Virus record (IMG/VR): IMGVR_UViG_3300045988_140494
Location: 1 to 26,368 of that record
Reading direction: 5' to 3' (one strand)
Length of the DNA stretch: 26,368 bases
From: a virus
Shown here: positions 25,250 to 26,368 of the stretch, one piece after another
Position numbering within the stretch: the first letter of the stretch is position 1
Layout: every line of letters begins with the position of its first letter
Translations under genes and position numbers: made by a program
Notes under the pieces: model-generated
Told to the model about the DNA's origin: nothing
Databases searched by the model: none
What the model saw: only the letters and a program-made list of their open reading frames with translations

Positions 25250-25287
25250 AGGCCTTGTTAATGCAACAAGGCCTTTACTTTATATTT
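25250..25287 (+). terminator. Strong intrinsic terminator
   Basis: AGGCCTTGTT (25250-25259) pairs with AACAAGGCCT (25265-25274), followed by a T-rich tail. Confidence 0.8.
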
Positions 25288-25300
25288 GGGAGATATAATC

Positions 25301-25669
25301 ATGAATAAATCAAAAAAGATGTTATATAAAATAACAGATGAATATATAGAAACGTTTGGATTGGATGAATCATATAAAGATAAAACTATTGCTTTGTATG
25401 ATGATAGAATAAATCATATAGAAAGACACAGAGAAGATTTTAATGATCCTTTGTTTTTAGATATTGTTTTCAGAGATTTATCATTGATTGTTTCTAATCC
25501 AGATTTTATATCGGAGGACAAAAAGAATAACAGCTTACAAATTGTCAAGAAAATGGAAGACAATGTACTAGTTGCAGTTAGAATAAGTTCAGGGCCAATA
25601 TTAAAAATTAAAACGATTTATCCAATAAATGAAACTAAATACAATAAATTAAAAACAAATAAATTATAA
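25301..25669 (+). CDS. PBECR-like (phage Barnase-EndoU-ColicinE5/D-RelE-like) putative nuclease
   Basis: Pattern ...IALYDDRINHIERHREDF...IVSNPDFISEDKKNNSLQIVKK...VLVAVRIS...IKTIYPINETKYNKL matches my recollection of this family. GGGAG lies 8 nt upstream of the ATG at 25301; the ORF-track TTG at 25286 is unlikely. Confidence 0.55.
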   Translation: MNKSKKMLYKITDEYIETFGLDESYKDKTIALYDDRINHIERHREDFNDPLFLDIVFRDLSLIVSNPDFISEDKKNNSLQIVKKMEDNVLVAVRISSGPILKIKTIYPINETKYNKLKTNKL

Positions 25670-25684
25670 TAGTTAGAGGTGTAT

Positions 25685-25858
25685 ATGAAGATAATAGATT
25701 ATGTAATAAAAGGACTTAAAAATATAAACTTGTTTCCAAAGGTTGAGATTAAAATAGGATCGTTTTATGACGACTATATATCATTATCTAATGATTGGAA
25801 TATAGTTGGTGAAGATATTAAACAAGTTATGAAAGAATACAAAAAGAAAAACAGATAG
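25685..25858 (+). CDS. 57-aa partner protein, unknown function (candidate immunity/antitoxin)
   Basis: My own translation is MKIIDYVIKGLKNINLFPKVEIKIGSFYDDYISLSNDWNIVGEDIKQVMKEYKKKNR. GAGGTG lies upstream. It starts 15 nt after the previous stop and shares that gene's terminator. Confidence 0.5.
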   Translation: MKIIDYVIKGLKNINLFPKVEIKIGSFYDDYISLSNDWNIVGEDIKQVMKEYKKKNR

Positions 25859-25889
25859 TGTATGCTGCTCAACACCACTATCTGTTTTT
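25848..25889 (+). terminator. Intrinsic terminator of the two-gene module
   Basis: AAAACAGATAGTG pairs with CACTATCTGTTTT (stem core 25851-25860 / 25876-25885), followed by a T run. Confidence 0.8.
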
Positions 25890-26064
25890 CATTCTCTGCT
25901 AATCTTTTCTTGAGGAAATAGAAAAAAGCCTAAAATATTTATCATGTACACATGAATAATAACATCACATTTTAAAAAGAGTAATGAAAAATGCAAAATA
26001 TTAATAAATATTTACAAAACAAAATTAGTTAATAATATAACCAAAAGGTCATTTAAGAATTCTA

Positions 26065-26074
26065 CCCCCCCCCC
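26065..26074. repeat. C10 homopolymer tract in a ~370-bp non-coding region
   Basis: Counted directly from the sequence. Highly atypical for this composition. Confidence 0.9.
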
Positions 26075-26158
26075 GAAAAAATTCGAGACTGGAAATGTGA
26101 TATATAACCACTTGCACATTTTAGTAATATGTTTGTACAATTTAATACAAAACAGACA

Positions 26159-26186
26159 TTGACATATAAAATTTAAGACTTATTAT
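26159..26186 (+). promoter_or_regulatory. Near-consensus promoter (early-type) reading rightwards
   Basis: TTGACA (26159-26164), 16-nt spacer, TATTAT (26181-26186). Inverted TTTGTA/TACAAA half-sites at 26132-26152 lie just upstream. Confidence 0.6.
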
Positions 26187-26248
26187 ATTAGAATAAGGAA
26201 AACGTTTTTCTTTTTATTCATAGAAAATGAATGGAAAGGGATGATCTT

Positions 26249-26368
26249 ATGGAAAGGGATTTATGGATAAAAAAATTAATTATCCTAGCAGAAAAACTTA
26301 ACGTTGATGATTTGCAAATTCTATATAATCATGCACAAAGACTGTTGTTAGCTTCTAAAAATGAATAA
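26249..26368 (+). CDS. Small (39-45 aa) helical protein, unknown function
   Basis: Reads MERDLWIKKLIILAEKLNVDDLQILYNHAQRLLLASKNE and ends with TAA at the window edge. An in-frame duplicated ATGGAAAGGGAT at 26231 offers an alternative start. Confidence 0.4.
   Translation: MERDLWIKKLIILAEKLNVDDLQILYNHAQRLLLASKNE

Noticed and set aside
1-26368. CRISPR arrays, diversity-generating retroelement, invertible fibre segments, introns or inteins
   Set aside because: There are no regularly spaced direct repeats, no reverse transcriptase or invertase gene, and no template/variable repeat pair that I could see in the fibre genes. All large genes are uninterrupted.

Overview
This window is an AT-rich (roughly one-third G+C by eye) late region plus integration end of a Firmicutes-type temperate siphovirus. 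Every convincing gene is on the + strand.

Gene order from left to right:
- a G+C-rich candidate cos region and a late leader that ends in an intrinsic terminator
- HNH endonuclease, TerS (P27-like), TerL, HK97-type portal, prohead protease and major capsid
- four head-tail joining genes and a phi13-like major tail protein
- a G/GT tail chaperone pair with a clean -1 frameshift on an A9 run
- a 1277-aa tape measure, Dit, and a Tal carrying a ricin-like lectin insert
- baseplate and fibre genes, including a fibre with a C-terminal SGNH esterase
- two small TM/coiled-coil (BhlA/XhlA-like) proteins

An apparently self-contained cassette (19330-22022) then separates those small membrane proteins from the LL-H-type holin and the Amidase_2 endolysin. 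It encodes a sigma-70 region-4-like HTH and five proteins of odd composition:
- a Q-rich protein
- a Met/Asn/Gln-rich NPQ-repeat protein
- a Cys-rich membrane protein
- a BclA-C/C1q-like protein
- a helical protein

Downstream of the endolysin lie:
- a promoter-to-terminator non-coding unit with a 14-bp palindrome and TTGGGGTAYA repeats (likely integrase arm sites)
- a tyrosine integrase
- a roughly 300-nt G+C-enriched, hairpin-dense transcript ending in a strong terminator
- a PBECR-like putative nuclease with a 57-aa partner
- a C10 tract
- a near-consensus early-type promoter

A 19-bp element containing a perfect 17-bp palindrome occurs ahead of both the packaging operon and the lysis cassette.

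I saw no tRNA, rRNA, CRISPR array, transposase or reverse transcriptase. All family calls come from motif recognition by eye, not from searches.
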